Below, piece by piece: positions 9,183 through 18,911 of a stretch of 45,983 nucleotides of DNA (positions are counted from its first letter, which is position 1; each line of letters begins with the position of its first letter). This DNA is from a virus, in IMG/VR virus record IMGVR_UViG_3300044980_000021, positions 1 to 45,983 of that record, one strand, 5' to 3'. A program made the position numbers and the translations under genes. Under the pieces are notes generated by a model that worked only from the letters and a program-made list of their open reading frames with translations, had not been told where the DNA came from and did no database searches.

Positions 9183-9658
9183 TGCACCCTCGCAAATTCA
9201 CCATGAAGAGCCTTTGCGGCGGCGCCATAGGCATCCGCGGCCTCCTCTAGTGAATTAAAAAGTCCTAAATCATAACGCTTCTTGTCTTTATGGATCATGG
9301 CTCGATATTTGCCGTCTGCATGGATATGCACGCCCTTGACTCCAAGCCGATTATTTTTATGTGCTCCCCTATTGCACTTATTTTGCGAGCTGCTAGCAAT
9401 CCTTAAATTATGGCGCTGATTGTCCAGTCCGTTTTCAGATCGATGCTCTCCTTCTCGCTTATCCCCGAAAGCGAGACCCAATATCTCCCTGTGCATATAG
9501 TGCGCAAAGGTTTTTCCATACTGATAGGTGAATCTGACAGCATAAAACCGATTTGATCGGTTGCTTTTGTATGCCGTCCATTCAAATTTATTGAGAACAT
9601 CGAAATCGCAGTCATCTACCAGTGCGATCTTTCCGTTTTTTAGGGAAATCTCACGCAT
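9179..9658 (-). CDS. HNH-AP2 homing endonuclease, 159 aa
   Basis: HNH core HREILG...GEHRSENGLDNQRHNLRIASSSQNKCN, then an AP2-type DNA-binding domain GVKGVHIHADGKYRAMIHKDKKRYDLGLFNSLEEAADAYGAAAKALHGEFA. Start set to ATG 9658 (MREISLKNG), which overlaps the GNAT gene stop by 8 nt. Confidence 0.85.
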   Translation of the reverse strand: MREISLKNGKIALVDDCDFDVLNKFEWTAYKSNRSNRFYAVRFTYQYGKTFAHYMHREILGLAFGDKREGEHRSENGLDNQRHNLRIASSSQNKCNRGAHKNNRLGVKGVHIHADGKYRAMIHKDKKRYDLGLFNSLEEAADAYGAAAKALHGEFARVQ

Positions 9659-10049
9659 GAGTCGATATGCTCCACGGATGCCACCCGCTGCGGTTTGGCG
9701 TCCATCCAAGTTGAGCTAGGCGCTTCTGGAAGCGTCGTTCGATGGTCTCAGGGATTCGAGCTTCAATGTCATCTAAACCATTCTGCCACGCCGCGCGCAA
9801 AACCTCTGGCTGCATCAGGTTCATTGCATCCATCTTACAACGAGGCGATAATTCAGGCGCAAGCCATAAATATGTTTCCGCACAGATTCTCAGAAAGCAT
9901 GCCCCCACGACCTCACCGCCATTTTCAACAACCTTGCGAACGAAGAATAAGGGATGCCCTAACTCTGGAAGCCGATAGTCAGACCCCATAGCCTCGTGGA
10001 TTCCTGCGATCCTCGAAAAATCGCTCGAATCTGCATCTCTGACTATCAT
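9651..10049 (-). CDS. GNAT-like N-acetyltransferase-fold protein, 132 aa
   Basis: Size and pattern (IVRDADSSDFSRIAGIHEA...FFVRKVVENGGEVVGACFL...ETYLWL) resemble small GNAT proteins. The canonical Q/RxxGxG/A motif is not obvious. ATGA overlap with the upstream gene. Confidence 0.5.
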   Translation of the reverse strand: MIVRDADSSDFSRIAGIHEAMGSDYRLPELGHPLFFVRKVVENGGEVVGACFLRICAETYLWLAPELSPRCKMDAMNLMQPEVLRAAWQNGLDDIEARIPETIERRFQKRLAQLGWTPNRSGWHPWSISTHA

Positions 10050-10660
10050 TGGCGCACCTGATTTTTTCCTAACCCCTGACCTGCGGACTCTCCGGTATTT
10101 GGAGCCGTGCCGCTGCCATTTGAAGGCAATAAAGTGAGCTTCGTGGTTCCACTCATCGTAAATGGCCCTCCCTGAGCCACTGTGGCCTCTGAGGCCGGAC
10201 CTCCGGGGTTTTGAGCATACGACCTCACTGAATAGCTATATGGATTTCCTGAGCCGTCCTGCGTGGGCAGCGTGAACGGTTCTGGCGTCCTGCTTGTACC
10301 GTGATCTTTCACAATAGGCTGTCCGAAAGTCGGAGTTCCTGTTGTTGAATAACCAATCTCCGTGAAATATCGAATTCCCCTGGAAACTGGCCCATTATGG
10401 TTAATCGACACGTGCATTTGCTCCCCGCCGACTGACACAGACACCGAATCGGGAGGCTTCGGTGCCGCAATATCTCCCGTAGCCGAAACACCGGCATTCG
10501 CCGCGATTCTGTTGATCGCATCGACAATATCCTGATGAACTTGCGCATGGCGAGGGTCTTTTGATTGAATTTCTGCCTGAAGTCCTCCAATATCAAGCTG
10601 GCCGCTAACGGTAGCCTGATTGGTTCCTTTGGTCGCGTTTGCTTTATTACCGAGTCCCAT
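10046..10660 (-). CDS. Tail-associated protein with Ig/FN3-like C-half, 204 aa
   Basis: ATG 10660 overlaps the TGA of the giant gene (TGATG). The ORF-track start 10684 would overlap it by 25 nt. No catalytic motif recognised. Confidence 0.6.
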   Translation of the reverse strand: MGLGNKANATKGTNQATVSGQLDIGGLQAEIQSKDPRHAQVHQDIVDAINRIAANAGVSATGDIAAPKPPDSVSVSVGGEQMHVSINHNGPVSRGIRYFTEIGYSTTGTPTFGQPIVKDHGTSRTPEPFTLPTQDGSGNPYSYSVRSYAQNPGGPASEATVAQGGPFTMSGTTKLTLLPSNGSGTAPNTGESAGQGLGKNQVRQ

Positions 10661-13600
10661 CAAAACCCTCTCAGCGGAGACCATGCGTCAGCTTGCGCCA
10701 CTAGCGTCATGCGCGAAATATTGAAATAGCACCCAACCCCAAATGTCGATATCTCGACAAAGAGTCTCTGCGCAAATTCATCCAGCGGCCCTTCAATATC
10801 ATTTGCCGCGGGGTCAGACAAAGTTACGCCGCCCGGCACGGAAAACGGGTAAGGAGCCTGCAGAACATTTTGAAAGAACGTGATTGAGAGCGTTCCAGAA
10901 TTGATATCTCCGCTGCCTGAAATCAGAAAATCCCAATATACGTAACGCTTATTGTGAAGTCCGAAGACGGGATTTTCCTTCGCTTTCTTCTGATCGACAA
11001 ACCCATAAGTACAGTACGAAGATGGGAACGGCACACCGTCATCGGCTCCTGCCTGATACGAACCAAGAGAGTAAATCTTGCTCGATCCAATTCCATTGCA
11101 GAACAACATCTCCGAGAATAGTTCGCTGCGCTTGCAGATCGCCATGTACGGCGTTGGAATCGACCAGAGAGAGTACTTCATCCTCAGATCGTGAACGGCA
11201 AGCTGCCCCATGATCGTCACATGCAGCGGCTCTGAAGCCATTAAAGACTCTATGTTACCGATGCCGTCATAGTTGATGTAAAGGATGACATTATTGCCGC
11301 CTGTACCGTCGTTTTCCTCAAAAGACGGGCACCATTGATTCGGGGTAGCCATTGGGCAGGCAATAAAGAACCTATTATTGGCCGTATCGTTTCTGACAAC
11401 AAGACCTTGAGCATTTGACCAGTTGATCGCGGCCCAGATGTCGGGAATGTCCAACTCGATCTGCGTAGGCTCCCCGCCGTTGAAAAGAAACAGGCCGTTC
11501 TGGTTCGCCATGATCGCCCATTTCTTCGAGGCATCCCATGCATTGATTCCGCAAGCTCCCGCGATAGGCGAAACTTGCTTAAAGGGATTCCACGCAGTAG
11601 GCTCCTGATTGGGCGTGTCTGAAATGTACCCCAGAGAACTTTCTTTGAGAACGTAAAACAACCCATTCATCTCAAATCCGCCGTTGGCCGGTTGCGCGTT
11701 CACCGTGGTAGTCGTAGCGTTTCCGGTGTCCTGATCGAAGGATTCAAGATCGTTCTTGTAGCTGATCGTCAAATCGGTAAGATTCGTTGGTGCAAGCGTC
11801 GGATAGACCTCGATGCGGTCAATTTCGATGTCTGCGCCATTAGGCAGATTCTGCGCCCACACTCTCAAAAGCAGTCCAGGAGGAATGCTCGCCAGTGGCG
11901 TAGCGAGCAACACCCCGGAATAGGTTTCCATGCTGGAAGTCATGGAAGACGTTGGAAGAACATAAGACCCGTAGGTCTGCCCGTATCCCGTCGATGAATT
12001 GAAGTCGGTAAGGTCGATAACTAAAGCGCCGCCCGTCGCGCTCGAAGGAGTTCTCACCGTAACTCTGACGGAATAAGCAACCGGCTCCGTGCCTGGATTC
12101 AAGATGGCGACGTTGTTGTAATCCTGATACGCCGACTGCGTAATCATGCCGAGTTGAGTCTTAGTAGAACCGGTATTGTTGTTGATGTAATAGGAATTTC
12201 CGAACACCGGAGAAACCAGAAGCGTTGGTATGCCGATTGGTGCGGTAGCCGCATTGAGGCCCCAGCCTAAGGGCAGGATATTCCCACCGGGATTCGGGTT
12301 ATAGCCTCCATCAAAACTCATGTTGACGAAGTTTGGAACCTTGTTTCTTACCCTGCCCCAAACGGACCTTCCGGCGTACTGCGCGCACCACGCCGAATCG
12401 CCTAATTCTTCGAGCGCGAAAAGGTCGTTACCCTGAATGTCGATTTCTTCCGCGTTTAGTAAAACCGAGTCAGGGAAGGTGAACTTGGCAGTGGTCGTAA
12501 CGTTGTCGTTGATGACTGTCGAAGACGATAGATATGTGACACCGTTAAACACAAACTGCTGCGGAACGGCGATGAAGTAGTAGCTCGCTCCGGGCTGTCC
12601 TTCCTGTCCGGCCTCAGTAAATACGATGGCGCGGGCGATGACATTCGGCGGCCCGATAGGGATATTTGAAACGAGGATGTAATTCGTATTGTCGGCGGTG
12701 TTGAACTGCACCGTTGGCGCCGGAGCGGTGTAATAACCGTTGCGAGTGATGAAAAAGCATGTTCCTTTCCGCGTGCCGGTTCCAACTACCACAGAGGAAG
12801 AACCAACGAGCGTGATGAATCCTCCACCGGAATTTCCATAAATCGGAGAATTGCTTGCGACCTCGCCTAAAGTCAGAGGGCCGGGGTCAATGAGGAATTC
12901 CGTTCCTGAAGTCGTCGCCTGCGCAACTTCTGTTTCGGACGAGAAAGTCTGATTCCCGAATCCGTTGATCGTAAAAGTTCCTGAACTTGTCCCGGTCACC
13001 GAAGCAATGACTGCATCGGTAACGTTGAAAATTCCGTTTCCGTTCAAAGTTCCTGTAACAGTGACAAGCTGACCCACTACCGGAGGGCTTGTCGTAGATC
13101 CAGAAATCTGCCAACTATACGTCGCAGTCCCCGCAGCCATAGAAGTTTGGGAAATAGCGTAAGACCCGCTATTCAAAGCCTCAAGGACTAACCAGGTCTC
13201 ATTCCATGACGCTACAGGATCGCCGGTGATGGTGATCTGGTCGTTAGCCGTAACTCCCGGCAGCGGTAGAGTCGTAGTTACAGTGGCAACGGTCAGTTGG
13301 TATTGCCCCGGCTGCGCATTTGACCCTCCACCGAGATTTGCATAGCTGCTGGATGCCACGTTGTATGTGAAATAGAACCTCTGATCCCCTCCACCCGGAG
13401 GAGTTCCGATGCCAATCGAAGTGACGAGAAACGTTCCATTCGCTACGGGCTGATTCGTTCCAGATACGTATACATAAACCGGGAATTGCTGCTGCTGGAA
13501 ATACTTAACGAGATTAGCGTCTTCGTCGCCCTGATGTGTGAACGCATTGAGATAGTAAACAGTGATGACGGGGCCGGAATTAGTCGATCCCGCACCGGAG

Positions 13601-15783
13601 CTCCAGAGAATATCATCCAACTGCGACTGAAACCCCTGCGCCTGATTCCAGAACGGGAACTGAGTAATTCCGAGAGGCGAGGCGGCAATCGGATAGGTAT
13701 ACTGAGCGGCTGCCGTGGCCGTTGTCGTCCCACTTCCCGTGACAGCCGTTTCCGAAATCTCAAATTGTGTTCCTGAAAGCCCCGTTCCGAGCACATTGAA
13801 AAGCTGATTATTGAGCGGGAAAAGAGGGTCGCTGCTGATCGCAATGATCCGAATGACTTCACCGGCAGTCAAACTGTTGGCCGCGGTCAATGTAAGGATT
13901 CCACCTGAATACGAATAGGCCGTTATCGTTACAGTGGAACCAGCAGAGAGAGTTCCCTGAAATGACGGAGGCGCTCCGGGGCCGACCTGCGATACACGGT
14001 CATTCCACCCGGTTTGACCCGCTGCTGTGCCGATGATTTGCTGTGGAGGATAGTTCCCCTGCAAAAGATCGGAAATCGCAAGATACTGCCTTGAATTGGC
14101 CACAAAAGCAGATGCGTAGCTGTTGACTGGAGGGCCTGTAAAGAGAGGGGTAAGAACGCCTGGATTCGCACTTAGGTTTTCAAGCCAGAAATCACCCTTT
14201 GAATCGAGGGCTACATTGTAGATATTCCCGAAATTATCTTCGTAGGTTCCGATGAAATTGTAGTTTTCCTGCGTAGGAACAAAATAAGCAAGGATGGTCA
14301 CATAGCCCAGAAAAACTGTAGTCCCTGATCCTGAGGCAGTAAACTGCACGCCGAACGAAGTATTATTCAGGTCCGAATAAACCCATGAAGCATTAAACAG
14401 GTTTCCAGTACCTCCAAACCGTATCGGTTGCGTTGAATTTGCGGGCACCTGGATGGGCTGCGGCGATCCTACCGGCACTCCAGCCTTAACCATCTGCGCC
14501 GTGAGCGTGTAGGGCTCTGTAGACGCATTGGTGTTCACTGAAACAACAAATCCCTGCGGAGTAGCCGTGCTTGCAACCGAAAATCCGAACTGAGTAACAC
14601 GCAAGGCATCGGTTGAAGCGTTTCCGGAATAGCTGTAGTAGACGGTTACTACCAGCTTGTTTACGTTGATTGTGCAGGTCGCAGAGGAAGAGCCGAAGAA
14701 ATTCACGATGAGACTGGAAAGGGTTGCTTGCGACCATGAGGAATACCCCCACAGCGACCCATTGCCTCCAGCAGTAAATGTCATTGGGCTAGTAGTCAGA
14801 GTCTCCGGCTGAGTCACGTTGCCAACATTTAGTCCTACCTGAAAACTAGGCTGCGACCCTGAGTAGTCTGCCGTGAATGAAATTCCCAATCCTGTGATCG
14901 AAGCGCCCGAAGGGATGGAAAGACCTGAAATCGCTGCCTGAAGGGTCTGAGCCGTTAACCCTGATCCCCCGGCAACCGTGGCATACCATGAAGTCACCTG
15001 ACCCGTAACATTGGCAAATCCAGTAGGCGAGCAACCCGCAGTAGCTTCGATCTGAAGTTGAATCGTATCAAGGTTTGTTATTCCGGAAATGGCAATGGGA
15101 ATCGTTGCCGAACTACTGGCTCCATAACCTCCAGCCGCAGTCCATGTGGCACCATTGTTTGTCGAATAATTAATCAGGAATGTTGCGCCGCCCTGATTGG
15201 ACGAAATCACCACATTGACATTCACATAAAGCGTGCAGGCTGTAGCGGGTACAGAAGCAAAGCCTGAAAGAGTCGCATAAATCGGAGCGGGAGATGTATT
15301 CGATGCGCTGGCAGAATTAGAGACTGAGCCGCTCTGCTGAGAAGGCGAGTAGTTTGTTCCTCCAGAAGACAATGAAACCGTGGCAAATGAAACGCTTGAA
15401 TCGACATTCTGCGGGTTAGCCCATGCAACACCGCCACCTGAATTCGATCCTGCGGAAGTAGAGGAGGCATTAGAACCGGAAGACACCAGATTGGCGCTCG
15501 AGAAAACCCCCGTATTGGAAAGAACGTTTGCAGGGCTTGACCAGGCTGTTCCGGTGACAGGAATGTCTGCGGCTGCTCCTCCACCATCCGGCCCCGCGCT
15601 TCCACCTTCGTAGGTGAACACGTCTTCAAGACCCTGCCTGGTAAAGGTTGAACCGACCGAGAAGTCTTGGTTTTGATTGCGCGGACTCGCTCCTTCGGGA
15701 AGGTCATGCGGTTGTGCAAGCGTGACCGTTCCCGAAAAGGTTTCGAGCTGTGCCGACATGCGGCCCTGAAGGGTATGCCCCAC
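10660..15783 (-). CDS. Giant tail/fibre structural protein, 1707 aa
   Basis: GTG start 3 nt after the upstream TAG, with AAGGGG SD. Ser/Thr/Gly/Asn-rich beta-type sequence. N-terminal tandem modules begin W-x-[NS]-P-x-N-V. An internal module is shared with the neighbouring 217-aa protein. Confidence 0.75.
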   Translation of the reverse strand: MGHTLQGRMSAQLETFSGTVTLAQPHDLPEGASPRNQNQDFSVGSTFTRQGLEDVFTYEGGSAGPDGGGAAADIPVTGTAWSSPANVLSNTGVFSSANLVSSGSNASSTSAGSNSGGGVAWANPQNVDSSVSFATVSLSSGGTNYSPSQQSGSVSNSASASNTSPAPIYATLSGFASVPATACTLYVNVNVVISSNQGGATFLINYSTNNGATWTAAGGYGASSSATIPIAISGITNLDTIQLQIEATAGCSPTGFANVTGQVTSWYATVAGGSGLTAQTLQAAISGLSIPSGASITGLGISFTADYSGSQPSFQVGLNVGNVTQPETLTTSPMTFTAGGNGSLWGYSSWSQATLSSLIVNFFGSSSATCTINVNKLVVTVYYSYSGNASTDALRVTQFGFSVASTATPQGFVVSVNTNASTEPYTLTAQMVKAGVPVGSPQPIQVPANSTQPIRFGGTGNLFNASWVYSDLNNTSFGVQFTASGSGTTVFLGYVTILAYFVPTQENYNFIGTYEDNFGNIYNVALDSKGDFWLENLSANPGVLTPLFTGPPVNSYASAFVANSRQYLAISDLLQGNYPPQQIIGTAAGQTGWNDRVSQVGPGAPPSFQGTLSAGSTVTITAYSYSGGILTLTAANSLTAGEVIRIIAISSDPLFPLNNQLFNVLGTGLSGTQFEISETAVTGSGTTTATAAAQYTYPIAASPLGITQFPFWNQAQGFQSQLDDILWSSGAGSTNSGPVITVYYLNAFTHQGDEDANLVKYFQQQQFPVYVYVSGTNQPVANGTFLVTSIGIGTPPGGGDQRFYFTYNVASSSYANLGGGSNAQPGQYQLTVATVTTTLPLPGVTANDQITITGDPVASWNETWLVLEALNSGSYAISQTSMAAGTATYSWQISGSTTSPPVVGQLVTVTGTLNGNGIFNVTDAVIASVTGTSSGTFTINGFGNQTFSSETEVAQATTSGTEFLIDPGPLTLGEVASNSPIYGNSGGGFITLVGSSSVVVGTGTRKGTCFFITRNGYYTAPAPTVQFNTADNTNYILVSNIPIGPPNVIARAIVFTEAGQEGQPGASYYFIAVPQQFVFNGVTYLSSSTVINDNVTTTAKFTFPDSVLLNAEEIDIQGNDLFALEELGDSAWCAQYAGRSVWGRVRNKVPNFVNMSFDGGYNPNPGGNILPLGWGLNAATAPIGIPTLLVSPVFGNSYYINNNTGSTKTQLGMITQSAYQDYNNVAILNPGTEPVAYSVRVTVRTPSSATGGALVIDLTDFNSSTGYGQTYGSYVLPTSSMTSSMETYSGVLLATPLASIPPGLLLRVWAQNLPNGADIEIDRIEVYPTLAPTNLTDLTISYKNDLESFDQDTGNATTTTVNAQPANGGFEMNGLFYVLKESSLGYISDTPNQEPTAWNPFKQVSPIAGACGINAWDASKKWAIMANQNGLFLFNGGEPTQIELDIPDIWAAINWSNAQGLVVRNDTANNRFFIACPMATPNQWCPSFEENDGTGGNNVILYINYDGIGNIESLMASEPLHVTIMGQLAVHDLRMKYSLWSIPTPYMAICKRSELFSEMLFCNGIGSSKIYSLGSYQAGADDGVPFPSSYCTYGFVDQKKAKENPVFGLHNKRYVYWDFLISGSGDINSGTLSITFFQNVLQAPYPFSVPGGVTLSDPAANDIEGPLDEFAQRLFVEISTFGVGCYFNISRMTLVAQADAWSPLRGF

Positions 15784-15786
15784 GGA

Positions 15787-16440
15787 CTACCCCTTTACGT
15801 AACTCGCCACGAAATGAACAATGTCCGCAATAACAGCAGCGGGAAGCGCCCCAGCCGCAAGCTCGTTTTCCGCATCCCCCGAAGCTGTTCCTGTGGTGAA
15901 AATCTGGATACTCGCATTCGCCTTGTTGTAGCGGTACTCGTATCCTGATCCAGAAAGGCTCTGCAACTGAATCATCGTATCCGGCCCGATAACAAGAACA
16001 GCAGAGCCAGCCTCAGCAGCGGACGCGACGTTAGCATGCGTGAAGTTCACCTCGAACTGCGTCGCGGAAAGTCCGGTTGCAATGACCTGAAGAGTGAGAC
16101 CATTCAGGAATGGCAAATTTGTCATGCCCTGGAACGTGACCCACTGGAGAGCAGTCAAAGAATTCGCCGCTGTGATCGTCACCACATTTGACGTTAACGC
16201 GCTGTTGGTGATCTTGAAGGATGATGGCTGAGTGTACCGCGCCAGAAGCAGGTTTTCTCCATCCGTGTACTGAAGCGGGCCAAGTACGTTGGCCACCTGT
16301 TCTCCCCAATTAGGCAGAAGTCCGCCCGTAATATAGTTTCCGGCAACAAATGTCATCTTGCCGAATACTTCCCAGCGCTTCGCAGTCTGGTCGAGGCCGT
16401 AGGGCTCATTGAATGCGGTCATCGTGAGTACTGAAGCCAT
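15787..16440 (-). CDS. Tail structural protein sharing a ~50-aa module with the giant protein, 217 aa
   Basis: VVTITAANSLTALQWVTF...PFLNGLTLQVIATGLSATQFEV parallels ILTLTAANSLTAGEVIRI...FPLNNQLFNVLGTGLSGTQFEI in the 1707-aa protein. Confidence 0.7.
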   Translation of the reverse strand: MASVLTMTAFNEPYGLDQTAKRWEVFGKMTFVAGNYITGGLLPNWGEQVANVLGPLQYTDGENLLLARYTQPSSFKITNSALTSNVVTITAANSLTALQWVTFQGMTNLPFLNGLTLQVIATGLSATQFEVNFTHANVASAAEAGSAVLVIGPDTMIQLQSLSGSGYEYRYNKANASIQIFTTGTASGDAENELAAGALPAAVIADIVHFVASYVKG

Positions 16441-16449
16441 GATGTTCTC

Positions 16450-17277
16450 CTAGTAGAGGACTCGTGCTGGATCTCCAGCCATCCCCGCTCTGCTCCCGCC
16501 ATATACGGGGCGCTGGTAATCGATTTTCTGCCGGTCTCGCGTAATCTGCTGCCTCAGTTTAAAAAGACTTGCCTTTGCGTCGGTTCTTGCTTCGGTCAAG
16601 GCGCTTCCGCCCAGCCGCGCCGAATACATCACTGCAATCTTATCAGCCACTGCATCTTGACAATCAAGAATCGGAACGTAGGTAGTGCTCCAGTCAATGT
16701 TAGGGCTTGCAAGGTCTGCAAAAGTGAAAATCCACCGCAGGCGAATGTCCCTATACTCAATCGCTCCGTTCATCCAGATTCCATCCGTTCTCCACTCCCA
16801 CTCACCAATCGCTTGAACCTGATTGCGAGGAGACAATGGACCCGAAGCCTGTTTCATTTCCCCAAACGGGTTATTGGTGCCGCTCTGCCGCTCCCACATT
16901 TCCAGCGGATAAAGCATATTCTGCGGAAGAGTGAAATTCGGCCACATCAGAAGGCCATCGAAGTATCCGACAAACTGCAGTGCGGTCTGAACTGCAGGGT
17001 TCATGACGCCGACGCCGAGCGACGAGTTTACAGGCGGAAGGTTATACAGAATGTAGTTGTCGCCGATTAGAGTAGGTTGCCCCATGATACGCACATCGCG
17101 GTAGGTGTCGCGGATGGCCGAATTCATGAAGTTCTGGAGCGTAACACTTGAATTCGTGAGAATCTGGCCCTCGCCGGGAGTGCCTGTGGCGCCAGCCTTG
17201 TCGTCATTCACTTTTGAGCGCGCAAGATTGGCGATGACTCCGAGACTCGGATAAGCGGCTTGTCCTCCGATTGCCAT
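16450..17277 (-). CDS. Virion morphogenesis protein (adaptor/tail-tube candidate by position), 275 aa
   Basis: GAGG SD. Long ORF in the late operon between the head and tail genes. No motif recognised. Confidence 0.6.
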   Translation of the reverse strand: MAIGGQAAYPSLGVIANLARSKVNDDKAGATGTPGEGQILTNSSVTLQNFMNSAIRDTYRDVRIMGQPTLIGDNYILYNLPPVNSSLGVGVMNPAVQTALQFVGYFDGLLMWPNFTLPQNMLYPLEMWERQSGTNNPFGEMKQASGPLSPRNQVQAIGEWEWRTDGIWMNGAIEYRDIRLRWIFTFADLASPNIDWSTTYVPILDCQDAVADKIAVMYSARLGGSALTEARTDAKASLFKLRQQITRDRQKIDYQRPVYGGSRAGMAGDPARVLY

Positions 17278-17373
17278 ATAACCTCAACATCCGTGGGCTC
17301 TACAAGGTCCGAGTATAGCCGAGACCAGTCTGCCTAACCCGCCGATAACTGACCCGCTCGGCCCACGGAAGAT

Positions 17374-18177
17374 TTACGCTGCGTCAGCGGCTGGGCGACC
17401 CGGCCCGCGACGAAAGCGGTCTGGAAATAGTCTCCTTGCCTTCTCTTCATCCAAAACAGCATCGCAATGACGGCACACCGCAGCCGAAGCAGAAATAAGC
17501 TCTTCGCAGTTGGGGCAATTCGCGGTTGCGCCAGCCTTCGCGCCTTTCGGAATCAAATCGCTGCGATGCCACGAATGCGAAGTTTCAAAGTAGTTCGCCG
17601 CGGCATGGGAGATATTGTTGGCGCGTGCCTGGGCTTCCGCAGTCCCGCCTGGGCCAGATTCGATCTTCGACATCTCCGCGAGTTCGGCTTTGAACGTCTT
17701 GACAAGCCTGTTGCGCGCCGCATCCAGCTCTTCCTGAGTCGGCGGGTTGTTCACGCTCCAGAAGACGCCGAAATTGTTGAGATTTCCGCCCACATTGAGC
17801 GGGTTGAATTCCTCGAAATTCTGATCCGTTCCAGGATTGGCCGGGGAAAGCATCTTCGTCGCTTCCTTGAAGCCATTCGTGAACCGAACCAGCAGATTGC
17901 CATTCTCATCGCGGTAGTTCTCGGAAAACGGATGATTGATTGCATTGCAGAGGACATATTCCTTAGCCAGAGGGCATGGCTTAATCCACATATGCGGATG
18001 ATTCGGGTAGCGCGGCTCGTTGAATTCCAGCGGGCTGACGTTGTAAATGTAGATCGGCGTCACAGCCGGAGAAAAGCTGTCCTGAATCTCTGCGATCGCA
18101 TTGGGGAAATAGGCTTCGTTGCGTTTGTGGGCCTGCGCGCTGGCTACGTCTGGGCGTTCGATTACGTTGTCTGCCAT
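17374..18177 (-). CDS. Virion morphogenesis protein with C-terminal CxxC...CxxC zinc ribbon, 267 aa
   Basis: Overlaps the upstream gene's stop codon by 1 nt. Contains CPNCEELISASAAVCRHC near the C-terminus. The antisense 237-aa ORF is Arg-rich and was rejected. Confidence 0.65.
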   Translation of the reverse strand: MADNVIERPDVASAQAHKRNEAYFPNAIAEIQDSFSPAVTPIYIYNVSPLEFNEPRYPNHPHMWIKPCPLAKEYVLCNAINHPFSENYRDENGNLLVRFTNGFKEATKMLSPANPGTDQNFEEFNPLNVGGNLNNFGVFWSVNNPPTQEELDAARNRLVKTFKAELAEMSKIESGPGGTAEAQARANNISHAAANYFETSHSWHRSDLIPKGAKAGATANCPNCEELISASAAVCRHCDAVLDEEKARRLFPDRFRRGPGRPAADAA

Positions 18178-18911
18178 TAGTTTGGTCTCCTGAGCTGGTT
18201 TTGGGCCTGGAAACGGCGATTCCTCGCCATCATCGTTACCAGGCCAACGTTGAAGTGCCTTTCCATCGAGCGCATCTTGTCTTCAAGCCATGAAGTTGAG
18301 GCCAGAGACGCCTTGCGCTTGACGCCGTGGTAAATATCGTCTACGCGTTTGCCGAATTCGATATCGTCCTTCTCTTCGCACTCTTTCATGAATCGCATCT
18401 TGCATTCGAGCGACAATTCCAGCGATGCCTTGATGATCGGAACCATCATTTCCACAATTTCCGTCGAAAGCGGGAAGGCTTCGATGTAAAGCTGGCCCTT
18501 GTCGAAGATTTTGGCTACCAGCGGAAGAGCAATCTGGTAGGAACCGTGATACGGATACTCGCCGAGTATCTGAAGTCCTGTTTTTGCGCAGCGATTCTCC
18601 TGATAGAACCATTCTGCCGACTGTGGCTGGATATGCGGCATTTCAATCGACATTCCGGCATCCACCCACTGCATCAGCATCCAGTGCGGCAGGCCATCGC
18701 CCTTGTACACCTCGCGGTAGCCTACGAACATAGTCTCGGAGTCGCCGTCATAGGGAAATTCCCCGCCCTGCCGAGTCGTCTCCGCTTGTGCCCATGCCAG
18801 TTTGAAGCGAGGCTTCCTGTAGCGATTCAATCCGCCGACCTGCGTAATGCGCCTCTGGAAGTTATCGGGCGCATGGAGGCGCTCTGGATGGGCGCTATAT
18901 GCCGACTGCAT
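18177..18911 (-). CDS. Head-module protein, unknown function, 244 aa
   Basis: Start overlaps the 3' end of the GroES-like gene by 17 nt. No motif recognised. Confidence 0.6.
   Translation of the reverse strand: MQSAYSAHPERLHAPDNFQRRITQVGGLNRYRKPRFKLAWAQAETTRQGGEFPYDGDSETMFVGYREVYKGDGLPHWMLMQWVDAGMSIEMPHIQPQSAEWFYQENRCAKTGLQILGEYPYHGSYQIALPLVAKIFDKGQLYIEAFPLSTEIVEMMVPIIKASLELSLECKMRFMKECEEKDDIEFGKRVDDIYHGVKRKASLASTSWLEDKMRSMERHFNVGLVTMMARNRRFQAQNQLRRPN

Noticed and set aside
17467-18180. 237-aa plus-strand ORF
   Set aside because: It mirrors the 267-aa minus-strand gene over its entire length. It is Arg-rich in the way typical of antisense frames, has no SD and breaks the operon logic. The same reasoning applies to 18327..18935 (+, 202 aa).
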